Shown: positions 1 to 13,879 of the stretch, piece by piece
Layout of the letters: every line of letters begins with the position of its first letter
Position numbering within the stretch: the first letter of the stretch is position 1
Origin: Podarcis tiliguerta
Taxonomy: Eukaryota
Assembly (NCBI GenBank): GCA_965153285.1
Contig: OZ229112.1
Length of the DNA: 64,000 nt
Direction: 5' to 3' (one strand)
The notes under the pieces: generated by a model
Told to the model about the DNA's origin: nothing
Databases searched by the model: none
Seen by the model: only the letters and a program-made list of their open reading frames with translations
Made by a program: the position numbers and the translations under genes

Positions 1-29
1 AATTAAATACTTAACCTGAGGTACCACTG
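1..29 (+). mobile_element. Right end of a TA-flanked Tc1/mariner-Tigger-like MITE, cut by the window edge
   Basis: TTAACCTGAGGTACCACTG followed by TA; same terminus as the 9158-9397 copy. Confidence 0.7.
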
Positions 30-382
30 TATGTAGATCTGATGTTGCAAGTCAATGAATTTGAGGAAGGCTCAACAAACCTAAACGTCTCGTAATAATC
101 TTTAATAGATTCTGGATTATGAACTGATACAGAGTGAATTCCAGATCAGATATTTGAATGATTTTAAAAAATCAGTGAGTGAGCTTAACCTTTTATCAAA
201 TGATAGGGCAGGCTTCCTCAATCTGGTGGCCTCTAGATGATTTGTAACAATTCCTATTGGCCCAGTAACCCTGCTGACTGAGGCTTATGGAAGCTGCATG
301 CCAAAACATCTTGAGAGCACCAGGTTGGGAAAAGCTGTTGCAGGGTATTTTATGCTAACTATTTTTATTACTTAATTTGCAG

Positions 383-616
383 GACCTGGAAAAAGAGTTT
401 GAATGTACAAAAATGCAGTTGGAATCCACAGCACTTGATATTCAGTTCTTCATTTCTGAGCATGCCCAAGATCTTTCCCCAAACCAGAGCAAGCAGCTCT
501 TGAGGCTCTTGAATACCACACAGAAGCGCTTCCAGGAAATGCAAGAGACAATAAGATCCCAAGTCGACCATTTTGAAACTCTCTTACAGACAGAACAAGT
601 TCTTGTTGACCAGAAG
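383..616 (+). CDS. DST: Dystonin internal exon A1 (spectrin-repeat rod), DLEKEFE...VLVDQK
   Basis: ttgcag acceptor, AAG|gtttgc donor, 234 nt, phase 0-0; [13 protein letters not shown]...[10 protein letters not shown] matches recalled DST. Confidence 0.88.
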
Positions 617-1280
617 GTTTGCTTCTGTGTGTGATTGTGTGCTTAGCATGACACCGAACCCAAGTGGAGACGTGACAAAATGTTGAAGTGCAGAAATTGT
701 ACATTAGCTGGGATCGAAAGCAAAGGAATACAGTGTGCCTATCCTTCAGAATTCTAGAGCCACATGATAAATGTTTGAGGGAACCAGTTGCGTGCTTCCT
801 TCAACAGCAAGTTTTGTTTCAACAGCAATATATAGAAATGATAAAATGCTTTACCCAACAGTGGGTAATGATTTGACTTTTACTTTAAAGCTGAGTCATA
901 AATAAACTAATAAAGCTGAGGCAGCAGACCTAGGACTGCACATTAGACTTTGGGTATCTGTTGAAGAAGGATGCTTTGTCATCTAGTCTGTGCCAGGAAG
1001 CAACAATGGATGCTTTTGTGATTTGGGGAAATCACTCCGTGACTTGCGTGCTGCCCTTTTGTAGGTGAAATAGCCACAGGTGCTTGTTCTGCATCTTGAG
1101 GGCCTTCTAAGAGGTCTGATCACTCTAGCACAGGTGTGGGGACCTTTGGCCTACAGCAACATCTGGAGGGCCAAAGGTTCCTTCCCCACATCTGCTCGAG
1201 TGTATGGAAGGTAATGTACTCAAGAGCATTGGGAATTTGTCAGCAGTAGGGCTAACAGGGAAAAAGAAGCAGCAGAGTTC

Positions 1281-1460
1281 TACAGTAAGAGCTGTTTGAC
1301 AGTGGAACAAATGCCCTCGAGAGGTTGTGGACTCTCCTTCCTTGGAGGTTTTTAAACAGAGGTTGATTGGCTATCTGTCCCGAACACTTTATTTGAGATT
1401 CCTGCATTGCAGGGGGTAGGACTAGATGACCCTTGTGGTCCCTTCCAAACTCTATGATTT
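1281..1460 (+). mobile_element. CR1 LINE 3' end fragment
   Basis: gtggactctccttccttggaggtttttaaacagagg...gactagatgaccctt...cccttccaaactctatgatt is a typical sauropsid CR1 tail; ends approximate. Confidence 0.75.
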
Positions 1461-2045
1461 TATTAGTCTGCAAGCACCGAACAAGATTAACTTTGAAGGA
1501 CAATTTCTTTTTTAATCAGTTGAGGGAGAAGGGAGAGTCTTCAGCCCAGGAAATGCAGTATTTAAAAAATATGCTTAATAGGGATGAAAGTACCGTTAAG
1601 AACAATGAGTGCCATTGCATGTCTGCTTCTGTATTGCTTAAAACACAACAGCATTTTATATGCGGGTAATATTACATGTACCAACTGATCTAACACATAG
1701 TTTTCGACTAACCTTTGTTTTGCCATCCCCTTTTCAGAATTAATACCTGTCTGTTACAGGTTTCAAGCCATTCAGAGATTGGGATTTTCACACGCATAAT
1801 GCATGGCCAGACTTCTGCTGGGCGGTTCCATCCAAAACCTGGTCTCTTTACTTACAGCATTTGTGAGGTTTATCTCATACCTTCTCTATTCAGCTTCTTT
1901 AAACTGTGTGCAGTTGCTATCATGTTTACAGCATACTCTCAGAAATAGTGTCTGATGAAAGCTTTGATATTTGGTTGTTTGAACATTAACCTCTATGAGG
2001 AGCCTCTGAGCATTTCTATTCAGGTTTCTTCTTATTCTAAATTAG

Positions 2046-2198
2046 GACTTGGCAGACCAGCACCAGGATTTCACAGAAAAATTACAGGATATATGCGACC
2101 TTCTCACACAGACGGAAAACCAGCTGATCGGCCACAAAGAAGCACTTGCTATTGAAGATACCAAGGCAGAGTTGCAGCAATACCAGATCAAACAAGAG
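2046..2198 (+). CDS. DST: Dystonin exon A2, DLADQHQ...QIKQE
   Basis: attag acceptor, GAG|gtac donor, 153 nt, phase 0-0; EKLQDICDLLTQTEN. Confidence 0.9.
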
Positions 2199-2909
2199 GT
2201 ACAATGCTTGGCTAATCGGCAGCAGCAGAGCCGGGCTGCAGTCCTTATAAATCACATTGGAGTTACTTGTAAATATTTCTGAGTAAATGTGCTTGGGAGC
2301 ATTTTGCAAGCCCTGTAAACATATTTTGGACTAGCTGTTTGCACCTCGCCTGACGTCCAGTTGAGTTTATAGTGTGAAAGTTGGTAGGTCATCAATGAGG
2401 TGCTAGCAATATCCCTTGTGTAGCCTTCCAGCAGTGCCCCTTATGTAGCCTGCACAAGCATCTTGGAATGGCTCTCAGGAATGTGGGGTAAAATGAATCC
2501 ACTGAACAGCAATGCAGTAGAAGAGGAGAGCTAAAATCATCCCTAGTTTAGAGGTTTGTTAGTATGCTTATGCAAAATTGAAAACTCTACCCTCTGTATC
2601 TGCTGCTTGAAGCGACTGCCTCACATTGCCTCATGGTAGGGTTGGCCCCTGAGTGGTGGGTCAGTTAGCCTCTAATTATCAGGGAAGAAATTGTGTTTCA
2701 GGAAGTTCCACTCTTTTCCAGTATGGAGCAGAGGTCTCGATCTCAGTCTTGTAGAATTTTAGCAATTGTTACTCTCCTGTTGCCATTTTCATGAAACGTG
2801 AATGCAAATCCAGCGTGTACCTTAGAAAAGGGGCTTTCGAAGTGAAAAAATAAATGGATAACTCTTCCTTCTGATTTTTTTATTGTTGATTCCCCGCCCC
2901 CCTTTCCAG

Positions 2910-3143
2910 GAGCTACAGAAAGATATGCAAGCAAATACACAGGCACTGGCAGAAATTGTGAAAAATACGGAGATGTTTTTGAAAGAAAATGGAGAAAAGC
3001 TGCGACAAGAAGACAAGACTGCTCTTGAAAAGAAGCTTAATGAAGCCAAGACCAAGTGTTTGCTGCTTAGCCAGAAGGCAGAGGAGTCCAGGAAACAGCT
3101 GGATAAAGCCGTGACAACAGCTATTAAGCAAGAAACAGAAAAG
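2910..3143 (+). CDS. DST: Dystonin exon A3, ELQKDMQ...KQETEK
   Basis: tttccag acceptor, AAG|gttc donor, 234 nt, phase 0-0. Confidence 0.93.
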
Positions 3144-3894
3144 GTTCTTTGGCAACCATTTAATATTTATTTAAAAATGGCTCATTGCTATAATTTTTCC
3201 TTGCATGTGAATGCTGACCATCCCAGACAATGTCTGAATGTCTGACAATGTCTGGCAATGTTTGTGAATGTCTGAAAACTCAAGGAATTGATTGTCAGTA
3301 TTATTATTATTATTTCACTGTGTGTATTAAATGTAGGGAAATGCATCTATCTGTTTTCAGACATTCACCAAATGCATCTGGAATTGTCAGTATTTGCTTC
3401 CCAAAAGAAAGGAACATATAGAGCAATTCAGTGTAGCACTCAGGAGATAGTTGCTTCAGCATAAACAGTTCTGCTTGCCAGATGTATTCTGTTCTGAGGG
3501 TTATCCCAACTGCCCCTAGCCATTTTTTTCCTTTTTGGGGGGCAGAGTGCAGAGAAGGAAAGTCCCATTGCACTAGCTAAAATCCTTGTGCAGACTTTCA
3601 CTAATGTGAATGTGGCCTGTAAACATCTGGTTCCATAAGTCTTTCCTCCCAAGGGAGGATCCTTTAAACAATAGGAATAATAATTCATTTTAGTTTTTCC
3701 TCATTTTTCCTAAGCATACAGAAGTGCTGGCACACTGCATCATTCTGAAGATGTTTGCACATGACCAGTAGGAGAAAAAGTCCCACTAATCCCCCCCAAA
3801 TGTATTAGTATACCCTTGTTTGCAATATCACGAATATCTGCATTTGAACTTTTCATGACTGCGTAAGATTCGAGCTTGAACTTTAATTGTGCAG

Positions 3895-4179
3895 GTTGCA
3901 GCTAGAGAACAGCTAGAGGAGAGTAAAAGCACAATAGAGAACCTACTTGATTGGTTGTCAAAGGTCGACAAGGATGCTGAACATGGGGGCAAGAAAGGCA
4001 AGCCAGCAATTAAACAGAATGGCAACCATTTCCAAGAAGGAGAGGTGGAAGAGTTGGCTGGAGAAGACGATGAAGTCAATGGCAACTTGATGGAAATCCA
4101 ACAACAGAATGAAACTCACGTGGATGGACAACTGAAGCCCTCAGAAGATAATCTCAACATGCAATATCAGAAAGCCAAG
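3895..4179 (+). CDS. DST: Dystonin exon A4, VAAREQL...QYQKAK
   Basis: gtgcag acceptor, AAG|gtac donor, 285 nt, phase 0-0; IENLLDWLS, EDDEVNGNL. Confidence 0.93.
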
Positions 4180-4963
4180 GTACTACACATGTATAATACT
4201 AATTGCTTTATCAATTCACGCTTGTCCTGGAAAAGAAATGAGGGTTGATATAAACTCACCTCATGTGCCGTGGAGCCAGCATTGCCAGCTGTTGTGGTGG
4301 CCTTGAAACGTACAAAGCAAAAGCCAAGTGCAGCCAGGAGACATAATGTGGTCCACCCCTAGATCTCTGCTTTTCATACCAAGGAATCTCTAGAATGATT
4401 TCGTGGGAGGTGATTTCACCACCTCTCACTGCACTACAAGCCTCAGAGCATATTTATTTCCTAGCTCTTATCTAATGAACCAGTAGAGCATTTTCATCTT
4501 TATCTTCTGTGCTGAAAGTGCTCAAAGCTGTGGAAAATAAAGGCAGGCCAAAGTGGGAAGTATTGACAATTACACCCAAACAGCCCAGCCTTAGCACATC
4601 TTACATCCATCGGAATGCCAGTGGCCGCACACAGCTCTCTTTAAGCACAAGGTCTCTCTCAAAAGCCTCAGTGTTATGGGTAGCTCCATGCAGGCACATC
4701 CGTGCATAAATGGAACTACCCCTAACATGAAGCTATTGAGGAAGCCTTTGTGTGTGTATTGGGATATTTTAATGTAGGTGATTTGTTCTTGCGATTGGGA
4801 AGTAGGAATATAGTTGGTTGGTACATCTGCAGCACATAGCATTTTGATTTGTTTAATGTTTCTGAACCACCGTTAAGTACATTTCCTAAGAATCGGACAC
4901 ATTACAGATTACATTGCTAATTATATATGTACATTTTGATTCCCTGCCGCCTTCCCCACCCAG

Positions 4964-5509
4964 GCTCAGCATGAGAAAATTATTTCCCAGCAGCAAGCTG
5001 TCATAATAGCTACACAGTCAACCCAAGCCCTGCTTGAGAAGCAAGGACACCATCTTTCTCCAGAGGAAAAGGAGAAGATTCAAAGGAATATGAAGGAACT
5101 GAAGGTGCAGTATGAAACTGCCTTAGTGGAGTCGGAGCAGAAGCTGAAGTTGACCCGCTCTTTGCAGGAGGAGCTTGAGAAGTTTGATGCGGACTATGGC
5201 GAGTTTGAAAGCTGGCTCCAGCAGGGAGAGCAAGAACTTGATAACCTGGAAACAGGTGCCTCTGACTTTAATGGGATTATCATCAAACTGAAAAGGCAGA
5301 AGAGTTTTTCGGAAGATGTCATTTCTCACAAAGGGGACTTGCGGTACATCACCATTTCTGGACAGAGAGTATTGGATGCTGCTAAATCGTGTAATAAAAG
5401 AGAAGGTGTCAAATATGACAAGGAAGGTATTGATACTTCTTCAACTTACATTGAGGTACAGAATAAGCTGGATAGTGCAACTGGTCGCTTCAAATCTCTC
5501 TACTCTAAG
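4964..5509 (+). CDS. DST: Dystonin exon A5, AQHEKII...KSLYSK
   Basis: cccag acceptor, AAG|gtaaat donor, 546 nt, phase 0-0; [24 protein letters not shown] as in recalled DST. Confidence 0.95.
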
Positions 5510-5789
5510 GTAAATTGAGTCTGAATTCATGTGGAATGTGTATCCATGAGATAAACCTTTTAGTTCACCGAATTGTTGCATGAAATTAAAAGCAGAATGC
5601 TTTCTGTAGAGGAGGAGCCTGTCTAAGGCTATTTTTTTGCTGCATCTCTCTGTATCTTATGTTTTCCCTGTATCAGACAAAATGTATAACTGAATTGGGG
5701 AAGCAGGATTAGGGTTTAGGTTTCTCCCTTTCACTCTTAGTTTGTGAGTTTCTACAGTCTCTTGTTCCCACTTTTTATTGTTACTCACT

Positions 5790-5985
5790 TCATTTTTATC
5801 TTACGCTTTCTCCATGAGCTCAGGGTGGCAAGCATAGTCTCCACCCCCACCCAACCCCATTTTATTCTCACAAGCTGTAAAGTAGGTTAGGCTGTGAGTG
5901 AGTGGGACTGGCCCAGGGTCACCCACTGAGCTTCATGGCTAAGCAGGGATTTCAGCCAGATTCTCTCCTGTCCTAGCCTGACATT
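5790..5985 (-). mobile_element. Degenerate tRNA/CORE-type SINE (MIR/Squam3-like)
   Basis: gactggcccagggtcacccactgagcttcatggct...ggatttc is the reverse complement of the SINE core; a similar copy lies near 33350-33545. Confidence 0.6.
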
Positions 5986-6549
5986 CCCATGCATCACTTG
6001 TGAGCATTGACAAACCAATTTACAGTCGATCCAGATATGATCCTAAAATCACATTCAAAACCTGGATATAATCAGGGTTCTCACAATTACTGGTAATTTG
6101 TGAGCATAACTGCTGTCATGTTAATTAGGCTTGGAAGTATTCCTCATCATCCCTAAACCATGTTTAAATCTTGCAGCGCAATTCATTGCATGTTTCTTCA
6201 GAAGTAAGTCCCACTGTGTTTAATGGAACTTGCTCCCTAGTAAGATTGCTTAGGATTGCAGCTTTAATGTTAGTGTACTGGCTTTATTTAATGATATACG
6301 GTGGGGGGTGGTGTTATGTGAAATACTAAATTGCCCTATTCTGTATATTTTTCTGTATTGCACAATATTTGATCTTCTCAGGGAATCCCATTTGTTTTCT
6401 TACCATTTACTCCGAGGCTTTTAAACGTGTACTCTGAGACAACTTAGAACCGAATTTGGTCTCTGTAGCTATTTAAACAGCCCTTTTAGTGTGTTAAAAA
6501 GAGTGTCTTTAAGTGCCTGAACACATGAAAACAGAAAGTGGGTGGGAGC

Positions 6550-6553
<4 letters not shown>

Positions 6554-6583
<30 letters not shown>
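6554..6583. repeat. (CA)n microsatellite
   Basis: about 15 AC units. Confidence 0.95.
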
Positions 6584-6585
<2 letters not shown>

Positions 6586-7811
6586 CATCCCCAATGTCCT
6601 CAGTTGCTGAGCTTTCCCTGTGATGTGCTAAGCATTCTGCAGGTGACTTCCACTCACGTTCACTAGAATCCAAGTAGAACTCTTATAAAGAGTTGAACTC
6701 TAATAAAGCAGTGTCCTCAGTCGTGTGGAGGAGTCTTTTCGAGTGCAAGTGAGCAGAAGTAGAAGCCCCTGGCACACTTCTTCTGTGCAACGTGGAAGGC
6801 TAGGGACTGCAGTAGTGTGATGTATGTGAGGACATTGGGGAGTGGGGCTTGTGTGTTCACCCCTGTCCACACTTTTAACAGTCCACATGTTCAGGTGAAT
6901 GTCTGAACACCCCTAAGGCAGCAGTCTGATTGCTTTACTGTGTGCCCAAAGCACAGATCAAAGCTTTGCCTCTCAGGTGACATTCTGTGGTGGTGTAAGC
7001 AGAAATCTGGGTGATGCCATAAGATTACCACGTAGCCACAGGTTCAGCCATTGCCACAAGTCAGTGACTACGAAGAGGATCATGGCAATTGTCTCCCAGG
7101 CTGTGATAATCTATAAATTGACCAAATGTTCCATATGGCTGCCAGACATCAGCAGGCACCACTTTGATTACTGCTTTGCATTGTTCTGGGCTTCATATTT
7201 TAGCTAAAACACCACCATTGTACATATGGGGTGATGGAAGAGAGATAAAAACTGAGATACACACTAGCCAACACACAAAAGAAATTTATTCTGGGATTCT
7301 TACTTTGTTCATTTAACTCAAACTTCTAAAACTTAGGTCTTCTCAGGATATACAAACTTCCAAGTTATGATTTTGTGTGCAAATCCTACTTGTCTGGCTT
7401 TTCAAATTTGACCACTAGATGGAGCCAGTTGCAATAAAAAAACCTCACACATGAGTGTCAGAAGTTAGAAGTTAGTGAGGAGGGAAATTTAAACAAAAGC
7501 CTTGGTTCACGAAACACACTCTAAGCCAAACCTTCGCTTTGCTTGATGCAGTGTGGCAGAAAAAGGGTTTGGTTTAGGGTGTCAAACAAAGCAGGCTTGT
7601 GTGTGCTTTCCATGTTCAGCCGTTACTGGAGCAGTATGAAAAGGCATTGTTATTGCATAAATATCTTGCAGTATGAGCTAAGCAGAGTATTTGAATTACC
7701 ATTACAAGATGTTTTCAAATGGCCTAAGTCTTTTAGCTAGTAATATTATATACAAATGCTTCAAAGTATATATCCATTCTTGAACACCGTTTTCTCTCTG
7801 TGCACTTCTAG

Positions 7812-7988
7812 TGCAGTATCCTTGGAAATAACCTCAAAGATCTGGTAGATAAATACCAGAATTATGAGGACACCTCATCTGGGCTTCTGACGGGACTTCA
7901 AGCCTCTGAAGAAGCTGTGAATAAACAGTTGTCTGAGGCAGTTGCTGTAGATCCAAAAAATCTCCAGAGACAACTGGAAGAAACCAAG
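7812..7988 (+). CDS. DST: Dystonin exon A6, CSILGNNLK...QLEETK
   Basis: ttctag acceptor, AAG|gtaaac donor, 177 nt, phase 0-0; not in ORF track, translated by hand ([15 protein letters not shown]). Confidence 0.93.
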
Positions 7989-8652
7989 GTAAACCAAGTG
8001 AAAAAATATATCCAGAGCTGTTGTATTTCAAGAAAAAGCAGTTTATAGAATAAAGGAAGGCCATGTTCCCCTTTGGTGCATGTGTGTTTTTTTTTGGGGG
8101 GGGGTACATTAGTTGAACGTGTCAGACATAGAAAAAAAATAATGCTGATTGTTACAAGGGAAACCTGGAAGTGTCCTGTCAATGACACTTTTTTGATCAT
8201 TATCTCTTTGGCTTGTTCATGGGACCCCAAGTGCTTATTGAACGTTGTGGCTATATGTCAGGGGACCCGAACCATTTGAGCCTGGGCGCACATTTGGAAA
8301 GCTAAGGAACAGTTGTGGGCCGAACATCCATCTCACATGGTGGGGCGGGGGGACCCACCACTCACGCTTGGATCTGATCCAACCACCACACAAATAAAAC
8401 GGACAAAAAGTGTAAGCAATCCCCCCCCCAAAAAACCCCTCTCAACAAAACAAAACCCAGTAAATTTAGAAAGGACATTGAAAGGGCAAGTGGCCTCATC
8501 AGGGACCAACAGTGTCTGTCTAAGAGAACCAGAAGTAGAATCAGGACAGTGTATATGTTTTTTCTCCTTTTTATCCTCACCACACCCCTACAAGGTAGAT
8601 TATATTGAGAGATAACGACTCAATATAACCTAGAGAATATCATAGCTTAGCA

Positions 8653-9056
8653 CAGTGCTTTTTTCTAGACAAAAAGGTGTCAGAACGGACCTCCCTCAGA
8701 AGGCCCACCCCAGAGCCCAAAGAGGATCTCTTTGGACTTGTGGGGGGTGTCTCCTCATGAGCCAGAGGCTTGTTGAGGATGCTTATCGGAGGTGAGTCTT
8801 CCTCGCCTCAGCTGAGCAGCTTAATGTGTCCCCGCCCCCACCTCGCTGGCTCTCATGAGCTTTCCCACGTGTTAGTTGGCAGAGACTCAGCAAAGCACCT
8901 CTGTGCCTCCAGCTCACAAGAAACCCTCTCCGGAGCATGAAGAGGTGCAGCGGGGCTTTGCTGAAGTTGGTTGGGCTCCTCTCTGCACTTCCGGGGCCCA
9001 GTTGAGAGGTGCCAGAACAGCGTTCCAGAACGTTCTGACAGAAAAGAAATGTCCTA
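8653..9056. mobile_element. Probable degenerate hAT-type non-autonomous element
   Basis: imperfect termini CAGTGCTTTTTTCT ... AGAAAAGAAATGTCCT; subterminal ggtg(t/c)cagaac motifs at both ends. Confidence 0.4.
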
Positions 9057-9157
9057 GTTTAGAAGGGATTTGACTACAGTCTCCTCGGTCCAAGCCCAGC
9101 ACTCCGAGAGTCACTGCATCACCCTGGCAACTGGGGAAAAAAATCACAATTCAAGTA

Positions 9158-9397
9158 CAGTGGTACCTCGGGTTACAAACACTTCGGGTTACAATCACTT
9201 TGGGTTACAGACTCCGCTAACCCGGAAGTAGTACCTCAGGTTAAGAACTTTACCTCAGGATGAGAACAGAAATCACGCGGCAGCGGTGGCAGCAGCGGGA
9301 GGCCCCATTAGCTAAAGTGGTACCTCAGGTTAAGAACGGTTTCAGGTTAAGAACGGACCTCCAGAACTGATTAAGTTCTTAACCAGAGGTACCACTG
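9158..9397 (+). mobile_element. Tc1/mariner-Tigger-like MITE (240 bp)
   Basis: TIR CAGTGGTACCTC...GAGGTACCACTG, TA on both flanks, internal CAGGTTAAGAAC repeats; strand label is an arbitrary reference orientation. Confidence 0.88.
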
Positions 9398-10170
9398 TAT
9401 TTGTGTGGAGGGAGGAAACAACAACAACAACACGGACACTTCTTCATAAGAAGTTTTTTTGTTTTTGTTTTTTAAAAAAAGATAACTGGATTAAGGTAGA
9501 TGAAACATTCTCTTTATCTGGAGTTCTTTCCTCCAAATCCTCCTGGTTCCCGACAAATGTTATCTCTTGTGACATAAAGCAGAAGTAGTGCTATAGGCAG
9601 AACAGAGAGGGCTCTCCATCTGCAGCCTGCCCACTTAACCACCCCAAAGGCCGATTGACATCACAGATTGTGTTTTTAATAACAAAACTCTCTTCCCTTG
9701 GATGGGTAACTGCTTTTATGTGACAGGGAAGCTCTGTTTATGACAGTTGGTTAGGAGAGCCTGTTTTTTTTTTTTTTTTTTAATGAAATGCTTATCACGG
9801 TGGTAGCCAAGTTGCAATTTTAATGTATAGCATGAAAAGAATAGTCATTGCATAAGTCCCACTGTAGTAAGCGGGAGCTATGCAAAAAAAGGGCAGTAAG
9901 CAAAATATCTTGGGCTGCAAATTGCGCTTGCCCGTCAAGATAAGAAGTGCCTGTTCTGGATCAGCTCATGGTTTCATTTAGTGTAGCTTTCTATCATCCC
10001 GAGTAGCCAACTGGATTGTGCTCAGAAGTTCCCCAGCAGAGCAAGATGTGTATTGCCATCTGTAAGATGTTTAATGGTGTCTGCCAAACCGATCTTACTG
10101 TTATTGTGTGCCTGTGTGTACATACACAAGTTAGCAAGCAGTAGAATTGAAAAATTGTACATTTTTACAG

Positions 10171-10294
10171 GTGCTTCAGGGGCAGGTGTCCGGTCACCAG
10201 GTTGCTGTAGAGAAACTGAAAAAAGCTGCCGAAGTGCTTTTTGACACCAGGGGAGAGTTACTGCCAGACAAAGATGAAATCCAGAATACCCTGG
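10171..10294 (+). CDS. DST: Dystonin exon A7, VLQGQVS...IQNTL
   Basis: tttttacag acceptor, G|gtaaga donor, 124 nt, phase 0-1. Confidence 0.93.
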
Positions 10295-13200
10295 GTAAGA
10301 TGAGTAACTGTCTTCTCCATTTCCTTCTTCCATTGCTCATATTTGTAGACTGGAAAATCAGCAGGACTTAGTAGTGCTCAGGTTTGGCTGGGTCATGTCC
10401 CTACAATGTAGCGCCAAACCGTACGTGACAGTGACAGGCCCGTGTCTAAATGCAGGTCTGCTGCAGTCGCATGTTACAAATGGAATGAGGGAGCCATTTT
10501 CAAGGGCAAAAGGGTGGAGGGGAGATGTGTTGAAGTTGCTTATGTGAGACTCCCAGTAGCTTTTCCGTGAGGCACTGATCAGATTTCCACCTGCTTAGCT
10601 TCAATAGCTTCAGGTGATCCTAGGGCAGCATTGGGGTAGCTGGGCCCTCCAGGTGCTATCGAATTCCAGCTCCCATCAGTCCCACCCAGTGGTCAGGGAT
10701 GATGGGCATTGTGTTCCAGCAACATTTGGAGGACCACGGGTTCCCCATCTCTGTTTATGAAGCACTTGGGTTTATCAGAACTCAGACCACACGACAAATG
10801 GCTTGCAGAACTTTCCAAACCCATTAGTGACAAGTCATAGTGTTGGTGTCGGTGGTAGCGTGTCCTGCTGCTCCAAGGCAAAAAGTCACCTTGTGCACAT
10901 GGAAGCCCCAAAGTTATTGTGGAAAGAAGTTTCAACGTAACTACCGTAGCGCTAATCATATGTAAACATTTATAGTTAAGAAGAGTAGTATCACTTTCTA
11001 GTTCATCACATCTATATTTCTTTATACAAATGTTTATTTACCACTATACCATTTTTAAAAAAATCAAATTAGTTTACTCTCTCTCTATACACACACACAC
11101 ACACATATTAAAAAGTTAAGATCAGAGGCCATCAACTATCTATTATTCAAAGGCCAGCATAGGCATTAACTGTGCATGTTCAGAATTTGTTTTCCTGTTT
11201 CAAGCCGGAAAAGAATTAGGGGAAATGACACACAGTTCAGTGATATTTCTACTTGTAATAATAATCAAATATGCTGAAACAGAGAAACTGTTACCAAGAA
11301 GTGCAGAGGTAATGACGGGTTAAACTAAACTTTGGATTCAGGGGTGATCTTGTGGTTTCAGTGAGTTAAAAAGACACACATCCTAAGAGTCTGGAGAAGA
11401 GGATATCTGAGCTGATTGAGGTTTCTTTTAAAATTATAACTGTTCTGCCCTAGCAGCCATATGAGATTACTGGAATATGTATAAAGGCCTGCAAGAGAAA
11501 GCTGGCTATGCAGACTTAAGCCTTTAATTCCCTGGTTCCAACCGTCAAGTATGCGAAGTCCATCTGTTTAACATCCTGCTGTTACAAGTTAATGTATTAA
11601 AATATTGCAATACCTCTTTTCATACTCATGCCTGGCACTGCTTAACCTGCTAAATTTTTGGTGGTTTGTTTTTCAGTGCTCCGTCTGATATTTTTCTAGC
11701 TGCTTTTCTAGCTATTTGTGTTTGATATTTGATGACTAAAGAATGTGTCAAAAAAAAAAAGCGGGAAACCCGACACTACAGAATTTCTGGGGAACCCCCC
11801 CCCCCATTTCAGATCCCCTCACCAGCTACACCCGTTCTTCGCTTTGCACCCTTCTTGAGGATAGAAAAGAGTATGGGAGTGTGTGTAGAGACTAGCCTAT
11901 TGTACAAAGACAAAATTTACATTCATTACTCTGCTTGCTTTTGCCTCTGTTACAGCGCACCACTGGCATGTTGTCCCTGGAAACGTGCCCAGAAAATAAT
12001 GCTACCCACAGGCTGAAAAGGGTTCCCCATTGCTGCTGTAAAGAATAAAAGCCAGGTTGTATTTACCTGGCTTGGAGATGTAGGGTAGTTCTGAGCAACT
12101 GATAGAATTGTCCCCTTTATGAGACAGTGATATCAGTTGCTAAAATAATCAGCAGGAAGAACAGATGAAATCCTTCTTTTGTAGAATATTGCCCTTTGAC
12201 TTCGGGCCTCAGCAGTCTTTGGGGACATTTGCTTTTTATATAACCTCTTTCTTTTAGATATTTTGCAAATTGCCTTTTTAAAACCTGTGTCAAGCCACCT
12301 GAATCGATTAACTGTTCTATCCAACTGTTTTATCCACAAGGCCGTCTTCTGTGGGCATGCGCTTCAGGCATAGAAGGAATCACATGTTCCCAGCTCCCTT
12401 GTAAAAGGGAATCACGTATTCCCAACCCTTTGTTGTTCTCAGAGTCGAATATGTCTGACTCCACTCAGCGTACTGATGAAGAATCCATAGTACACTCTCA
12501 GAAAAAAATAACTTTTATCTATGGGTCCCCTATGCTGTGAATTTTTAAGGTTCAGTTTCTAAGGTACAGTTTCACTTGAGAGAACCTCAAGTAGAAAATT
12601 CTGCATCCTTCTGGGGCTACTCTGAGAGCCAAGCATTGTTCGCTACTGTGTGCGGCTTGTGTTAACTGGCCTCTTTCCTATATCGTGTGGTATGCTCCTT
12701 GTCACAGCTAGTTATTGGTCATATTGGCTAGCTGTTTGCAAATACTAAATTCTGAAGAATACTCCTTAGGCAAATCTTTAGGTGTGGATTGGGAAAGTGA
12801 GTTAGAAGAATTTTTTTGGGAGTGGGGACTGTTCCTTAAGAGAAGAGAGAGTGTGTTATTTCCCATGAGTGTTTCAGAATATGTGGGATACAGGCAGCTA
12901 CAGGGATTTAAAAAAAAAAAAGTTGAAAAGGGGGGGGGGGAGACACTCCCACCACTTTGTCTAGTTGCCTATCCTGCTCCAAAACTTAGGGAAAATTTCT
13001 TCTGCCTGTTTTCAAAGGGATTATGTTTTCAACTCTATCTTGTTCATGGTTGAAATAAGCTTGGCCAAAAATAGCGACCTAGCAATACTTTGAATGTGTG
13101 TTTTACATGCAAAGTATTGCTTTGCTGGTATTTTTGGCTAACCTTTCAGTGTTAAGGCTCTTGTAAAATTGACACTTGTGTAGATAAGAGAATATTGTCA

Positions 13201-13670
13201 GGTGCAGCTTTTCAAACTCCTGCCGCAGTGTGCCAAGGCAAGCTACACTTTACGGATTAACTTCTCTTCTTCCCCAGTAACTTGTTTAAGGTACAGGAGC
13301 TATCTTTGATGTATTACAAAATTTGAGGTTCAGTTCCATCGACTCCAGTCATAGGGTGTTAGGGAGCAGGATTGGCAAACACTTGTGCCTGAGACCTCAA
13401 AGTGCTGTTTCCAATTGCAGTAAATTATGTTGTGATAGCCCTGGGGTAGTGAACCTATGGCCCTCCAGATGTTGTTCGATTCCAATTTCAGCCCCCGTGG
13501 CCAATGGTACCAGGGTGATAGGAATTGTTGTCCAACCACATCTGGGTGGCTATGGGTTCCCCATCCCTTATTTAGCTGGACTATTAGCATAACTCTGCCA
13601 AAGGCAGTTGCTTGTATTCTAAAATGGTTATGAACTTATAAATTATCCTTTATCTACTTGTTTCTTTCAG

Positions 13671-13879
13671 ATACTATTGTGGATAAGTATAATCACTTAT
13701 CCAAAGCAGTGAATGACCGGAATGAGAAACTTCAGATCACTCTGACACGTTCATTAAGCGTCCAGGATGGATTGGATGAAATGCTTGATTGGATGAATGG
13801 TGTTGAGAAGAGTCTTGAGGAGCAAGGTCAAGTGCCTTTGAATTCTTCTGTAATTCAGGATGTCATTAGTAAAAGTATG
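13671..13879 (+). CDS. DST: Dystonin exon A8, (D)TIVDKY...ISKSM
   Basis: tttcag acceptor, ATG|gtgagt donor, 209 nt, phase 1-0; [25 protein letters not shown]. Confidence 0.95.

Noticed and set aside
2743-5329. Minus-strand ORFs overlapping DST exons (here and elsewhere in the window)
   Set aside because: Antisense shadows of coding exons, with no independent splice or homology support.
9158-9397. CRISPR-like array (recurring CAGGTTAAGAAC)
   Set aside because: Eukaryotic intron, irregular spacing, bounded by TIRs and TA: these are internal MITE repeats.
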